This document shows, one piece after another, positions 38,564-48,706 of a DNA stretch of 64,000 bases. Origin of the DNA: Candidatus Krumholzibacteriia bacterium (lineage in GTDB: Bacteria; Krumholzibacteriota; Krumholzibacteriia; LZORAL124-64-63); NCBI GenBank assembly GCA_050174015.1, contig JBFXKG010000003.1, forward strand, positions 32,001 to 96,000. The letters run 5' to 3'. The translations under genes and the position numbers were made by a program. Under the pieces are notes generated by a model that was not told where the DNA came from, made no database searches, and saw nothing but the letters and a program-made list of their open reading frames with translations. Every line of letters starts with the position of its first letter. Position 1 is the stretch's first letter.

Positions 38564-40066
38564 CTACTTCACCAGGGACAGCGCCGTGCTCGACTGCGCC
38601 GTCTCGGTCCGCAGGCGGCAGAAGTAGATGCCCGCCGGGCAGGAGCGGCCGGCGTGGTCGCGACCGTCCCAGGTCAAGGTGTGGGCGCCGGCCGGGAACG
38701 CGCCGTCGGCCAGACTCTTCACCATGCGGCCGGCCACGTCGTAGACGGCCACGGTCACCGGCTGGGCTTCGTCGAGCCGGAAGCTCACCTCGGTGCGGGG
38801 ATTGAAGGGATTGGGCGCGGCGGCGAGGGCGGGCCCTCCGGCGGCGGGAGCGTCCTCACGCAACGGGGTTCCGTCATCCACTCGGATCCGGATGAACCGC
38901 GGCCGATAGATGTCCGCGTACCGGAAGTGGTCCCAGAAGTCGAAGGTGTTCACGTTGTAGCTGATCAGGAGCTCGCCCGGGCGCGAGATGTGCGGATGGG
39001 CCTTGGCGTTGTAGGTGTAGATGTCGGGGTCGAGCTGGATCTCGGGAACCTCGTAGACGCGGTGGATGCGCGACCAGGGGCCGACGGGGCTCTCACCGAC
39101 GCGCAGCGAGACGTACCGTCCGATGGCGTCCTCCTGGAAGACCAGGACCCAGCGGCCGGAACCGTCGGGCATGGGCGTGACGCTCAGCTCGCTGCTGACG
39201 CGGGTGGTCAGCTCGGCCAGGTCGGTGACGTCGCCGGACCAGCCGCCGGCTCCGTAATACTCCCAGGTGGTGAAATCGAGGAAGGTCTCCGGCCGCACGC
39301 GAGCGGCAACCAGCTTCTTCACGTAGGGGTCGTTCTGGGTGCCGTAGACGTAGACGAAGCCGTCCGCGTAGGGAGAACCGGAGGCTGCGGTGTTGTCGAG
39401 GATGCCCGCCCCGAAGATGACGTCGCCCCGCGCCCCGTCGTCCGGCAGGAAGAGGGGCGTGTCGATCTGGGCCGGCTCCCGGAGGGGGCCGTCGAGGGGC
39501 AGGGAGATCAGGGTCACGCCCTGCGCGGCGAAGCCGATGCCGCCCGCCGGCGCGATCCTCAGGCCGAAGACGTGCAGGGTCCGCCCGATGGCGATCCCGT
39601 CGCCGAGCCAGTAATAGTCCTCGGGCCCGGTCTCCGGGGTGCTCGGCACCACCAGGGAGGCCGGCGCCCCCGAGCCGTCGGTTCGGTAGAGGAACTCGAT
39701 GGCGGCGGAATCGGGAACCCCGCCCCGGAGCAGGGCCCCGGTGTTGTTGATCATCACGGTGTCGGTCCGCTGCCCGCTGTCGTCCACCTCGCCGATGAAG
39801 GTGTCGCTGAACAGGAAGAGCGTCTGCTGCCCGTCGGCGGCCCCGAAACGGTCGTCGCTCCTCAGGGGGATGGAGTAGATGCCGTCGGCGCCCGTCCAGC
39901 CGCTGTTGCGGTCGAACAGGGCGGTCCAGTCGTCGGCGGTCTCGACCACGAACTGCGGAGGCAACCCGAGCTGGGCGGCGCAGGGAACGGCCGCCGCCAG
40001 GAACAGGATCGCCAACCCGGCGGGAACGAGGATGCGGGACCGGAGACGGAGGGTGTTCGTTGCCAT
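38564..40066 (-). CDS. Secreted DUF4185/DUF5005-like beta-propeller (putative glycoside hydrolase) with C-terminal FlgD-Ig domain
   Basis: 'GWTGADGIYS', 'FLFSDTF', 'YNAKAHP', 'YRPRF'; C-terminal 'PNPFNP...WDGRD...GIYF'. Confidence 0.75.
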   Translation of the reverse strand: MATNTLRLRSRILVPAGLAILFLAAAVPCAAQLGLPPQFVVETADDWTALFDRNSGWTGADGIYSIPLRSDDRFGAADGQQTLFLFSDTFIGEVDDSGQRTDTVMINNTGALLRGGVPDSAAIEFLYRTDGSGAPASLVVPSTPETGPEDYYWLGDGIAIGRTLHVFGLRIAPAGGIGFAAQGVTLISLPLDGPLREPAQIDTPLFLPDDGARGDVIFGAGILDNTAASGSPYADGFVYVYGTQNDPYVKKLVAARVRPETFLDFTTWEYYGAGGWSGDVTDLAELTTRVSSELSVTPMPDGSGRWVLVFQEDAIGRYVSLRVGESPVGPWSRIHRVYEVPEIQLDPDIYTYNAKAHPHISRPGELLISYNVNTFDFWDHFRYADIYRPRFIRIRVDDGTPLREDAPAAGGPALAAAPNPFNPRTEVSFRLDEAQPVTVAVYDVAGRMVKSLADGAFPAGAHTLTWDGRDHAGRSCPAGIYFCRLRTETAQSSTALSLVK

Positions 40067-40247
40067 CGGTGCACTCCCAAGGTGAAATCCGGCCGCACAT
40101 GACGGCCGGATGGATGCAATGTCATGGATTCCCCTACATTATACCATATTTTCCCATCATCGAGAGGGGCGGATGGATGATCCTGTCGTATCATGTTCCG
40201 ACCCTGCAACGCATCGAAACCTGAACCAGGACGGATTCCCCGTTGCC

Positions 40248-42290
40248 ATGATCGGAACGAGAAGCACGACGCTGACATCCATCCTGTGTGTGGTCCTGGC
40301 GATCCGGATTTCGCCCGCCGGGGCCCAGGAGCCCACCGCGCCCGCACCCGCCGATTCGACGGAGACGACGGTCCTCGAGGATCTGGTGGTGACCGCGGAG
40401 GGGGGCGTCGAGACCGAGGTCCAGACCGGCTTCCTGGACATCGACGCGGCGACGCTGGCGGCCGTTCCGGGCATCGTCGAGGCCGATCCCCTGCGGGCCC
40501 TGCAGGTGCTGCCGGGCGTGCAGGCTGCGTCGGACATCTCGAGCGGTCTGTACATCCGCGGCGGCGGGCCCGACCAGACCCTGGTGCTGATGGACGGGGT
40601 GACGGTCTACAATCCGACCCACGCCTTCGGCTTCTTCTCGACCTTCAACAACGATGCGGTGGACCGGGTCGACCTGTTCAAGGGCGCCTATCCCGCGCGT
40701 TACGGCGGCCGGTTGGGCGCGGTGGTCGACGTGAGGATGAGGCAGGAGTCCTCTCCGCGCACCAGCGTGACCGGCGGGGTGAGCCTCATCTCGGCCCGGG
40801 CCCTGGTCGAGGGCCGCGCGGGGTCCGACCAGTGGCTGGTCAGCGCCCGCCGGAGCTACCTCGAACCCCTGCTGGACGCGCTGCGGACCCCCGAGGATCC
40901 CATCCCCAGCTACGCCTTCTACGACCTGAACGGGACGTACGTCAGCGACCGTGGCGGAGGGCGGACGGTCTTCACCATCTACCATGGCCACGACGGGATC
41001 TTCGTCGATGCCGACGCCAACACCGCGTTCGACCTGGGCTGGGGCAACACGGTGGCCTCCCTGCGGCACGCGCGGTTCCTGGGCGACACCGTCGAAGGTT
41101 CGCTGGGAATCTCCCTCAGCGACTACCGCAGCACGACCGAGGCGGAGTTCCTGGCCACCGCGTTCGACATCGACAACCGCCTGAGCGACGTCACCCTGCG
41201 AGGCGATCTGGACTGGCAGCCCTCGGCCAGCCACCGCATCACGGCGGGGGTGTCCGCGTCCTGGTACGACTTCGCCTACCTGCAGGGGTTCAACAAGGAG
41301 GCATACGTCGACTACGGGGCCCGTCCCCGGGAAACGGCCGCCTACGTGGAGGAACGCTGGACGCCCGACGGTGCGACCACCCTGGGTCTCGGCCTGCGCG
41401 GCCGTCGCATCAGCGACGGGGGCCGGACCTACCTGGAGCCCCGCCTGGCCCTGCGCCGCGGCCTGGGCGACGCCTGGGCGGTGAAGCTGGGCGGCGGGAT
41501 CTACAACCAGTACCTGCAGCTGGTCACGACCGAGGGGTTCACCGCCGGCGACTTCTACCTGCCCATCGACGAATCCGCCGACCCCGGCCGTTCCTGGCAG
41601 TCGGTGGCGGGAGTGGAGTGGCAGCCGCGGCCCGAGGACAGGCTCAGCCTCGAGGTCTACGCCACCGAGCTGGAGAACCTGGTGGAGTTCGACAACCAGG
41701 CGCCCGTGGACCAGACCAGCTTCACCGCCGATGACATCTTCGTCACCGGCGGCGAGGGCTACGCGCGGGGCGTGGAACTCTTCTACCAGAGGACCATGGG
41801 CGACTCGTCGTTCTGGCTGGGCTACACCCTCGGCTGGACGGAGCGCCGCTTCGCCGAGCTCAACGACGGGCAGTGGTATCCGCCCAAGTACGACCGGCGC
41901 CACGATCTGACCGCGCTGGTGACCTGGCGGGCCGGCAGCTGGGACCTGGGCGCCTCGTTCCGCTACGCCACCGGCCAGGCCTTCACGCCGGCTGCGGCGC
42001 GCTACCAGCTGCAGGATCCGGCCACGGGCCAGGACCCGGTCACCGCCCTGGTCCTGCCGGCCGGACGCAACAGCGCGCGCCTGGCGCCCTATCACAGGCT
42101 GGACCTGAGCGCTTCCCGGCCCATCCGGATCTTCGGCCAGCCTCTCGAGCTGGTCATCGAGGTCTTCAACGTCTACAACCGGCGCAACGAGTGGTTCGTG
42201 CAGTACAACACCGACGAGGAGATCACCGAGGCCACCATGGTGCGCATGCTGCCGATCATTCCCAGCGTGGGGGTGAATTTTGAATTCTAG
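40248..42290 (+). CDS. TonB-dependent outer-membrane receptor
   Basis: Plug motifs 'LQVLPGV...LYIRGG.PDQ..VLMDG', 'KGAYPARYGGRLGAVVDV'; terminal Phe; start uncertain. Confidence 0.9.
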   Translation: MIGTRSTTLTSILCVVLAIRISPAGAQEPTAPAPADSTETTVLEDLVVTAEGGVETEVQTGFLDIDAATLAAVPGIVEADPLRALQVLPGVQAASDISSGLYIRGGGPDQTLVLMDGVTVYNPTHAFGFFSTFNNDAVDRVDLFKGAYPARYGGRLGAVVDVRMRQESSPRTSVTGGVSLISARALVEGRAGSDQWLVSARRSYLEPLLDALRTPEDPIPSYAFYDLNGTYVSDRGGGRTVFTIYHGHDGIFVDADANTAFDLGWGNTVASLRHARFLGDTVEGSLGISLSDYRSTTEAEFLATAFDIDNRLSDVTLRGDLDWQPSASHRITAGVSASWYDFAYLQGFNKEAYVDYGARPRETAAYVEERWTPDGATTLGLGLRGRRISDGGRTYLEPRLALRRGLGDAWAVKLGGGIYNQYLQLVTTEGFTAGDFYLPIDESADPGRSWQSVAGVEWQPRPEDRLSLEVYATELENLVEFDNQAPVDQTSFTADDIFVTGGEGYARGVELFYQRTMGDSSFWLGYTLGWTERRFAELNDGQWYPPKYDRRHDLTALVTWRAGSWDLGASFRYATGQAFTPAAARYQLQDPATGQDPVTALVLPAGRNSARLAPYHRLDLSASRPIRIFGQPLELVIEVFNVYNRRNEWFVQYNTDEEITEATMVRMLPIIPSVGVNFEF

Positions 42291-43284
42291 GCCGACGAGC
42301 CCCGGCATCGCCGGGACCGTTTTCACGCCGCCGCTTCTGCTGCTGCCGCTGCTCCTGCTGTCGCTGTCGCCGGCGGGGTGCTCCCCCGAGCGCGACCCCC
42401 TGGAGCTGTTCGTCCAGGACGGCGTGGGGCAGCTGGTGGTCGAGGGCGTGCTGATCGTGGACCAGCCCCTGCCCGCGGTGCGTCTGTCGCGGACCATGCC
42501 TCCCCAGGAACCCTTCTCCTGGGCGGATGCGCGGGAGGACGGCGCCGCCGTCCGGATCCTGATCGACGGCGTGGAGGAGGCGCCCTACCGCCAGAGCTGG
42601 CTCGCCGGCGGGGTCTACGTTCCCCAGGCCCAGGAGCCCCCGGTCGTCCAGCCGTCGACGACCTACGAACTGGCGGTGACCACCGGGACCGGAGAGACTC
42701 TCCGGGCCGTGACCGCCACGCCCCGGCGTTTCGCCGTCGATTCCTGGACCCTGCTGGACACAGAGGGGCAGGACGTGCTGCGGAACCTGCAGACCTTCCG
42801 GGAGGCGGGCGGGCTGATCTACGAAGCCCCGGAGAACCAGCTCGCCTACGGGGAAGGATTGCTGGAGACCCGATTCACCGGGACCACGGCCGCGGATCTG
42901 GAGGCGGCGGGGTTCCAGCTGGCGCTGTTCAGCCTGGACCTGGGCTCGGATTACGTCATCGATCCCCCGTTCTTCGATGACGAGGACTTCGAGTCCCTGG
43001 ACCGGGTGGGATCGTCGCCGGCGGTGACGGCCGAGCGGGGGGCGGTGCGGCTGCCCTGGTTCAGCATCTACTACGAGGGCCGCCACCTGTACAAGGTCTT
43101 CGCGGTGGACCGCAACTGGTTCGACTACATCCGCAGCGTCCCGGAGGCCGACGTGGGGCTGGGTTTCGGCGGCAACGCCGGCGACAACTTCGCCAGCCCC
43201 ATCTTCAACGTGGACGGCGGCATCGGCCTGTTCGCGTCGGCTTCGGTGGATTCGGTGGGCTTCACCATCCACCCCGCGGAGTGA
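42280..43284 (+). CDS. DUF4249-like lipoprotein partner of the TonB-dependent receptor
   Basis: Lipobox 'PAGC'; 'LVVEGVL', C-terminal 'NVDGGIGLFAS'; overlaps the end of the receptor gene. Confidence 0.78.
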   Translation: MNSRPTSPGIAGTVFTPPLLLLPLLLLSLSPAGCSPERDPLELFVQDGVGQLVVEGVLIVDQPLPAVRLSRTMPPQEPFSWADAREDGAAVRILIDGVEEAPYRQSWLAGGVYVPQAQEPPVVQPSTTYELAVTTGTGETLRAVTATPRRFAVDSWTLLDTEGQDVLRNLQTFREAGGLIYEAPENQLAYGEGLLETRFTGTTAADLEAAGFQLALFSLDLGSDYVIDPPFFDDEDFESLDRVGSSPAVTAERGAVRLPWFSIYYEGRHLYKVFAVDRNWFDYIRSVPEADVGLGFGGNAGDNFASPIFNVDGGIGLFASASVDSVGFTIHPAE

Positions 43285-43288
43285 CCCG

Positions 43289-43708
43289 TCAGGCGATGGC
43301 GATCAGGGTCAGCTCGAACGTCAGGTCCTGACCCGCCAGGGGGTGGTTGGCGTCGAGGGTGAGCATCTCCTCGTCGAGCTCGATGATCCGCACGGGAATG
43401 GAGCCCTCGGGACTGTTCATCTGCAGCATCATGCCGACCTCGGGCTCGATGTCCTCGGGCAGGGTGGCCCGGGGGATCTGCCCGATCATCTCCTCGCGGG
43501 CTTCGCCGTAGGCGTCGGCGCACGCGATGGTCACGGTCCGGGTCTCGTCCACCTGCATCCCGGTGACGGCCTGCTCGAACCCGGGAATCACCGAACCTTC
43601 ACCCACGGTGAACTCGATGGGGTCGCGGCCCTCGGAGCTGTCGAACACGGTGCCGTCGCCCAGGGTGCCCTTGTAATGGACCTTCACGGTCTTGCCGGCT
43701 TCGATCAT
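43289..43708 (-). CDS. FKBP-type peptidyl-prolyl isomerase (SlyD/SlpA-like, no His-rich tail)
   Basis: 'VKVHYKGTL.DG.VFDSS', 'IPGFE', 'LDANHPLAGQDLTF'; AAGGAGG RBS. Confidence 0.92.
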   Translation of the reverse strand: MIEAGKTVKVHYKGTLGDGTVFDSSEGRDPIEFTVGEGSVIPGFEQAVTGMQVDETRTVTIACADAYGEAREEMIGQIPRATLPEDIEPEVGMMLQMNSPEGSIPVRIIELDEEMLTLDANHPLAGQDLTFELTLIAIA

Positions 43709-44179
43709 GTTTCGGATTTCCTCCTTGCTGCTGGAATCACCGGACCGAAACATGGCAGCAGCATGAGCCGGCTCCGCGGGGGGCGTAGCCGCCCGGGTCT
43801 GCCCCCAACCTACCCTTCGAGGCCGGAAACGCAAGAGTGAACTGCCCGGGAGCCTCTCCGGGAATCCCGTGCCCGCGGCCCTGCGGACAAAGCCCCGCGA
43901 ATTGAGTGCGGGTCGATTATCGCCTCCTGGCGGCTCCAACGTGCCGGCGCTTCCTCCTCCCGAGCCGGGCAAATGCTGATCGCCTCGATCGCGTCCGCCA
44001 CGGCGATCCGTCGGGATCTCTCCCGGTGTTCCCGGGCCCCAGTTTCGCAGCATGATGGGCGGATTGATGTTTATTTATTCAATTTCAGTCGGTTAACATT
44101 CCACCCGCCGTAAGACCCCACCCTTGTGGCTTGCCTCATCTGGGGCCTCCCATCCCTGCCGCCTCGCTTCAGGTGCGGG

Positions 44180-45322
44180 TTACCCCTGCGATATCGGCTC
44201 CGGTGAGGGCAATTCCAGCGGCCTCGCTTCTTGAGCCGGCAACCCCTGCGCTCCCTGCGCCTTCTCGTGGATGTGCCGGTGGCAGGCGCCGCACAGGGTG
44301 ATCAGGTTGTCGGGCCTGTTCGTGCCGCCGCGGGCCCGCGGCAGGACGTGATGAACCTCCAAAAACCGGGTGTTCCTGCAACCGGGCCCCTGGCAGCGGT
44401 GCCCGTCCCGGGCCAGGACCCGCCGCCGCACCCGGGGCGCAATGGTGGCGTTGTTGCGCCCGGTCCGGGGATCTTCGCTGCGGGAATCGCAGGTCACGCG
44501 TCCGGCATCCCCTGGGCCGAGGGTCAGATCCCCCCGGCTGGTCGCAGCCGAAAAACGACCGCAATCGGGGCATTGGCGTACGTGAACCTGGAAAGAGGTC
44601 CCCCGGGGGGCCCGCTCGGGGAGGGTGGTGGAGGCTCCGGCGGAGGCCCCGGCCTGGGTGTCGACCTGCCCCCTGCCCAGGGCGTCCTCCAGCAACGAAT
44701 CCAACCCGGCAAGGATGCGCTCGACCCGACCCCCGCCGACGCCCGACTTGGCCAGCCTCTCCTGAAGGGCCTCGAACCGGGCGAACTGTTCGGGGGTCAT
44801 CTCCAGGGACACCTTGACGGGGACGGCCGCGGCCAGCCGCCGTTCGGCCGGGGCCGCGGGGATCAGTTCCCCCTGTCCGGGCGAGGTCCTCAGGTCGGCG
44901 GCCTGGGCCCGGACCCTGGCGACGTTCTCCGCCAGCCTGTCCCTCGGGGTCGAGCACGCCGCTTCCACCCAGGTCTTCTCGGTGGCGGGGGTAGCGACCT
45001 TGATGATCTCGCGGGCCTTGGTGTAGCCGATCTTCCCGGTCTCCAGGGATTTCTTGACCTCCGGCAGGTCGTCCAGCTTCCGGGCCATGCGGACGAAATC
45101 CCCGGTCCTGGTCCGGGAGAAGCCGAGCCCCTTCTGGGCGTAGATCTGGATGGAGGCGAACCCGAGATCCCGGTAGAGACCTCGGGCCATGATGTCGGCG
45201 AACCAGAGGACGGCGCAGTGGCGGGCCTGGTCCATGATCCGGACGGACTGCTGGAGGGCGGCGTGGGGGGCGGAAGCCGGCTGGCCGGGCTGGAAGACGG
45301 GGATGGGGGCGCTGGAAGGCAT
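44180..45322 (-). CDS. HNH endonuclease with a DUF222-like helical N-terminal region
   Basis: 'VLARDGHRCQGPGC...LEVHHVLPRARGGTNRPDNLITLCGACHRHIH'; an extra CPDC motif. Confidence 0.85.
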   Translation of the reverse strand: MPSSAPIPVFQPGQPASAPHAALQQSVRIMDQARHCAVLWFADIMARGLYRDLGFASIQIYAQKGLGFSRTRTGDFVRMARKLDDLPEVKKSLETGKIGYTKAREIIKVATPATEKTWVEAACSTPRDRLAENVARVRAQAADLRTSPGQGELIPAAPAERRLAAAVPVKVSLEMTPEQFARFEALQERLAKSGVGGGRVERILAGLDSLLEDALGRGQVDTQAGASAGASTTLPERAPRGTSFQVHVRQCPDCGRFSAATSRGDLTLGPGDAGRVTCDSRSEDPRTGRNNATIAPRVRRRVLARDGHRCQGPGCRNTRFLEVHHVLPRARGGTNRPDNLITLCGACHRHIHEKAQGAQGLPAQEARPLELPSPEPISQG

Positions 45323-45363
45323 ATTTCTCCCCCTGGGAATCCGGGAGGAGTGGACTTGAGAAT

Positions 45364-45392
45364 ATTATAGCGAAAATTTGGCGAAAACGCAA
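45364..45392 (-). promoter_or_regulatory. sigma70 promoter of the HNH gene with an embedded direct repeat
   Basis: Minus strand TTGCGT-N17-TATAAT; TTTTCGC repeated with 11-bp period in the spacer. Confidence 0.7.
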
Positions 45393-45663
45393 GGGAAAAA
45401 GAAAGAAAAATCCCCAAAAATTCGAACCCGGCTGTCCTGCCGGACCACGGGCTCTCGGGGGACTCATCGAAATTCCTGACGAACCATGCCAAAGCTGGGA
45501 TCTGGGACACGCCCGTTCAGGCCGTGTCAGCCAAGTCATTGAAAAATGATGTGCTTCAACAGCACGCCAAGGCCCGAAAGTGGCCCCACGCAACGCTTGA
45601 TCCGCAAGCGGCGTTACGGTGGTGGGAGGCCGGTGAAAGGTACTGAAAGGAGTTTACCAGCTT

Positions 45664-46209
45664 TCACGAAGACATACAAAAAACCCGCACCGCCGGAACG
45701 CCCTTGATTGACCTCAAGATCGGTTCGCAACCGCCATCGATACTCTCTGGGGTAGTATCCCCAAAGCGCCCCGCGATCTCGTTTGCATCGTCTGAATGGC
45801 GAGTCGCATGGGATTTATTAGACAAAAACGCCTCGGCGAGTGGAATACAGAAATGCGCACCTAGCTTTTCCTCAAGCTGCCCCAGGAAGCGAAGCGCCGC
45901 CAAAAGGGAAACGGCGCCCGGGCCCCAGTACCACCCCCGGCCGCGCTCGAATTCTCCGCGGATTACTGGGTTTCCCGATACCTCATGCCGGGTGCTGAGT
46001 ACACCCTCGAGAACCACCACAGGTTTCGCCGGCTCCCTTTTCACCAATTCAACGACCAGGGCTACTGCTTTTCCAAACTGGAGTTGCTCCCTGATACCTG
46101 ATGCCTGGGACACGACACCACAGGTGGCACGACTCGCTGAGTAACCCAAATCTACCGCGATAATCGAGGCCGCTTTTTTGTCGGGCAGCACGGATGTAAA
46201 TGTTGCCAT
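45664..46209 (-). CDS. Low-GC hypothetical protein, possible RNase H-like fold
   Basis: 'IIAVDLGYS...CGV', 'VVVLEG', 'LAEAF', late 'DD' acidic motifs; AAGAGG RBS. Confidence 0.65.
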   Translation of the reverse strand: MATFTSVLPDKKAASIIAVDLGYSASRATCGVVSQASGIREQLQFGKAVALVVELVKREPAKPVVVLEGVLSTRHEVSGNPVIRGEFERGRGWYWGPGAVSLLAALRFLGQLEEKLGAHFCIPLAEAFLSNKSHATRHSDDANEIAGRFGDTTPESIDGGCEPILRSIKGVPAVRVFCMSS

Positions 46210-46286
46210 TTTTGCCTCTTAGGCAACGAATCACGTTGACCATGGCTCATAGATCCACGCCACAGGACCGGGGAAACCCCCGAGAA

Positions 46287-48569
46287 TCATTTGACGAGCG
46301 TCAGCTTGGTCACCGCCGAAGCCGGACCGTTCACCATGCGGGCGAAGTAGACCCCGCTGGCGCACCGGGAGCCGTCGTCGGCGCACCCGTCCCAGGGGCG
46401 CTGGTGGGCGCCGGCCGTCAAAACCTCGTCGACCAGGGTCCGCACCAGACGGCCTTGCAGGTCGTGGATGGTCAGGCGGACGGACCCGCCGGCCGGTGCG
46501 GTGAAGGCGACGGTCGTCAGCGGGTTGAAGGGGTTGGGCCACGCCTCGACCTCGGCGGCGAAGACCGGCCGGGGCACGCTGGAGCTGTCGTCCGGGACCT
46601 GCTTCTGGATGATGAAGTCGTCCAGGAAGAACCCCGCGCCGTTCACGGTGGAGTCGCTGTCCAGGCGGAACCGGAACCGGACGTCTGATTGGCCGATGAC
46701 CGGGGCGAGATCGACCACGTTCAACACCCACGAGGCCTGGAGGCCCTCGAAGACCGGCGCGCCCGAAGGCAACTGGACGCCGCTGCCGCTGGCGGGCAAG
46801 GTGTACGTGGTGGTGACGCCCGACCATGTGGTCCCCCCGTTGACGGATGCCAGGAGGAAGCAGGCGTCCCAGTTCTCCTCGATGTCCCAGTGGGCCCAGA
46901 ACCGCAGCTCGGCCGTGACGGCGTCGCTCAGGTCCACGCCCGCGGACATGGTCATGGCGTTGCTGCTGTCGCTCGCATAGTCGGCCCCGGGGCTGTCCTC
47001 GAGGCTGTTCGCCGAATCGTGGCCCTCGGCGGGGACGGCCAGGCCCCAGCCGCCCGTCCAGCCGGCGGTCCCGGTTTCGAAGTCGGAGGTGAACAGGGTG
47101 ACGGTCTCCATGGGACCGAGGGGCTCCAGGGCGGCGTCCAGGACGTCGGCCACGCCCCAGGTGCAGCCGACGCCGGTGACGGAAAGGGACGTGTAGCCCG
47201 GGGCGCTGAAGGTCAGGTCGAAGGTCCCGGTGGGCAGCAGCTTGTAATAGTCGCCGTGCTCGGGATCGGTGTGGACGGGCATGGCGTTGCCGGCGACGGT
47301 GATCGTGGCGTCCAGGGGCAGGCCCGTCTGGGCGTCGGTGACCACGCCGGAGATCCCGTGGCGAGCGGCGGCGATGTAGTGCAGCAGGCTTTCCCGGTTG
47401 TCGTTCCAGTAGGTGTCGAGCTGCGCGGGGGACGGCCACTTGGTGTTGCCCAGTTCGACGGTGACGTCGATGCAGTCGGTGGCGTAGTAGGACCCATCCT
47501 GGAGCGTGCCGGTGGCGATGTACCAGTCGGCCCCGTTGGTGATGCCCTGGGGAAAGCTGCCGTTGTACATGGGCAGGTAGTAGGTGGAGTACTCCAGGCT
47601 GAGCTGGATGAGCGCCGCATCGTCGGGCGCGCGCGTGTAGGTGTAGTCCCAGGGATAGTTCACGACAAGGGCCCCGCCGTGGCCGTTCTGGCTGATCACG
47701 AAGTGATGGGCGTTCGCGTAGGCCATGAAGGCTGTGGTCTCCACCTCCATCGTGGCATGCGTCCCGGCGGGGTCGGGGTAGTTGCGGTTCAGGTCAACGC
47801 CGTTGGCGTTGCTGCGCCAGGCCAAGGCGTAACCATCGGGGTTGTGCAGCGGCATGATGTGGATCTCGGCGCCGTCCACCAGGGCGGTGAGGTCCTCGAA
47901 CCCGGGTTGCCCGTAGTTGTCCAGCAGGTGGTGGGCCAGGTTCCACAGCAGGACCAGGCCGACGGTCTCGTTCCCGTGGATGGTGCTCGACAGACGCACC
48001 TCGGGTTCGGGTTCGGTATTGTGGACGTCGTCGGAGATCACGATGCCCCACAGTTCGCGGCCCTGCACCGAGGTCCCCCAGGTGAAGGTCCGCGCCAGGG
48101 TGGGGTGGGCGGCCGCCAGGGCGGCGAAGTCCGAGCCGACCTGGGCGTGGGTGGGATAGTAGAGGGCCTTGGCGGGATCGAGACCCGCGAAACCTTTGGC
48201 GGCCTGTTCGGCCCAGGCTTCCTCGGTCGCGCGGCGCCCCTCCCGGTCCAGGTCGGGCAGGCGCGTGAACCGGTAGCCGGCGGCCTCCAGGTCACGGGCC
48301 TCCGCGGCGGTCACCCGGGGCGTGAACACGATGCCGCCGGAGCGGTGGTCGGGCCGGATCTGATCCCTGTCGAACGCGGCCAGAGGGACTGCCTCCAGGA
48401 GCCGTGACAGCTCGGCGGGGGAGGACAGCTCCATCCGGACGGGGAAATCCTCGAAGACCGCGATCTCCCAGAGGGGGAGGCCGCGGCCGTCGGTGGGAAT
48501 GGCTGCAGCGAGGGCTGCCGAGGAACCAAGAATATGGAGGACAAGGACATAAGCCCATGTTCGTTTCAT
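46287..48569 (-). CDS. Secreted M14 zinc carboxypeptidase with C-terminal FlgD-Ig domain
   Basis: 'TIHGNE', 'NPDG', 'RSNANGVDLNRNY', 'NGHGG.LVVNYPWD', 'TVELGNTK'; C-terminal 'PNPFNP...GVYF'. Confidence 0.92.
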   Translation of the reverse strand: MKRTWAYVLVLHILGSSAALAAAIPTDGRGLPLWEIAVFEDFPVRMELSSPAELSRLLEAVPLAAFDRDQIRPDHRSGGIVFTPRVTAAEARDLEAAGYRFTRLPDLDREGRRATEEAWAEQAAKGFAGLDPAKALYYPTHAQVGSDFAALAAAHPTLARTFTWGTSVQGRELWGIVISDDVHNTEPEPEVRLSSTIHGNETVGLVLLWNLAHHLLDNYGQPGFEDLTALVDGAEIHIMPLHNPDGYALAWRSNANGVDLNRNYPDPAGTHATMEVETTAFMAYANAHHFVISQNGHGGALVVNYPWDYTYTRAPDDAALIQLSLEYSTYYLPMYNGSFPQGITNGADWYIATGTLQDGSYYATDCIDVTVELGNTKWPSPAQLDTYWNDNRESLLHYIAAARHGISGVVTDAQTGLPLDATITVAGNAMPVHTDPEHGDYYKLLPTGTFDLTFSAPGYTSLSVTGVGCTWGVADVLDAALEPLGPMETVTLFTSDFETGTAGWTGGWGLAVPAEGHDSANSLEDSPGADYASDSSNAMTMSAGVDLSDAVTAELRFWAHWDIEENWDACFLLASVNGGTTWSGVTTTYTLPASGSGVQLPSGAPVFEGLQASWVLNVVDLAPVIGQSDVRFRFRLDSDSTVNGAGFFLDDFIIQKQVPDDSSSVPRPVFAAEVEAWPNPFNPLTTVAFTAPAGGSVRLTIHDLQGRLVRTLVDEVLTAGAHQRPWDGCADDGSRCASGVYFARMVNGPASAVTKLTLVK

Positions 48570-48648
48570 CGGGCGGCCTTTCGGATCGAGTGCTGTGGGT
48601 GGGGGGGGACCGAACCCTTGCAGTATTATACCATAATTCCCCGAGTCG

Positions 48649-48679
48649 AAAAAGGGGACCCGGGTCGCCCCGGGTCCCC
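48649..48679 (-). terminator. Rho-independent terminator
   Basis: GGGGACCCGGG stem followed by TTTTT on the minus strand, just after the CDS ending at 48707. Confidence 0.75.
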
Positions 48680-48706
48680 AGTGGAAGTCTGATGGACGGC
48701 AGCGGA

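Noticed and set aside
45560..46230. Low-GC gene 45664..46209 as a third integron cassette
   Set aside because: GTTGCCT precedes it on the minus strand, but there is no complementary R'' or attC-like L boxes after its stop codon.
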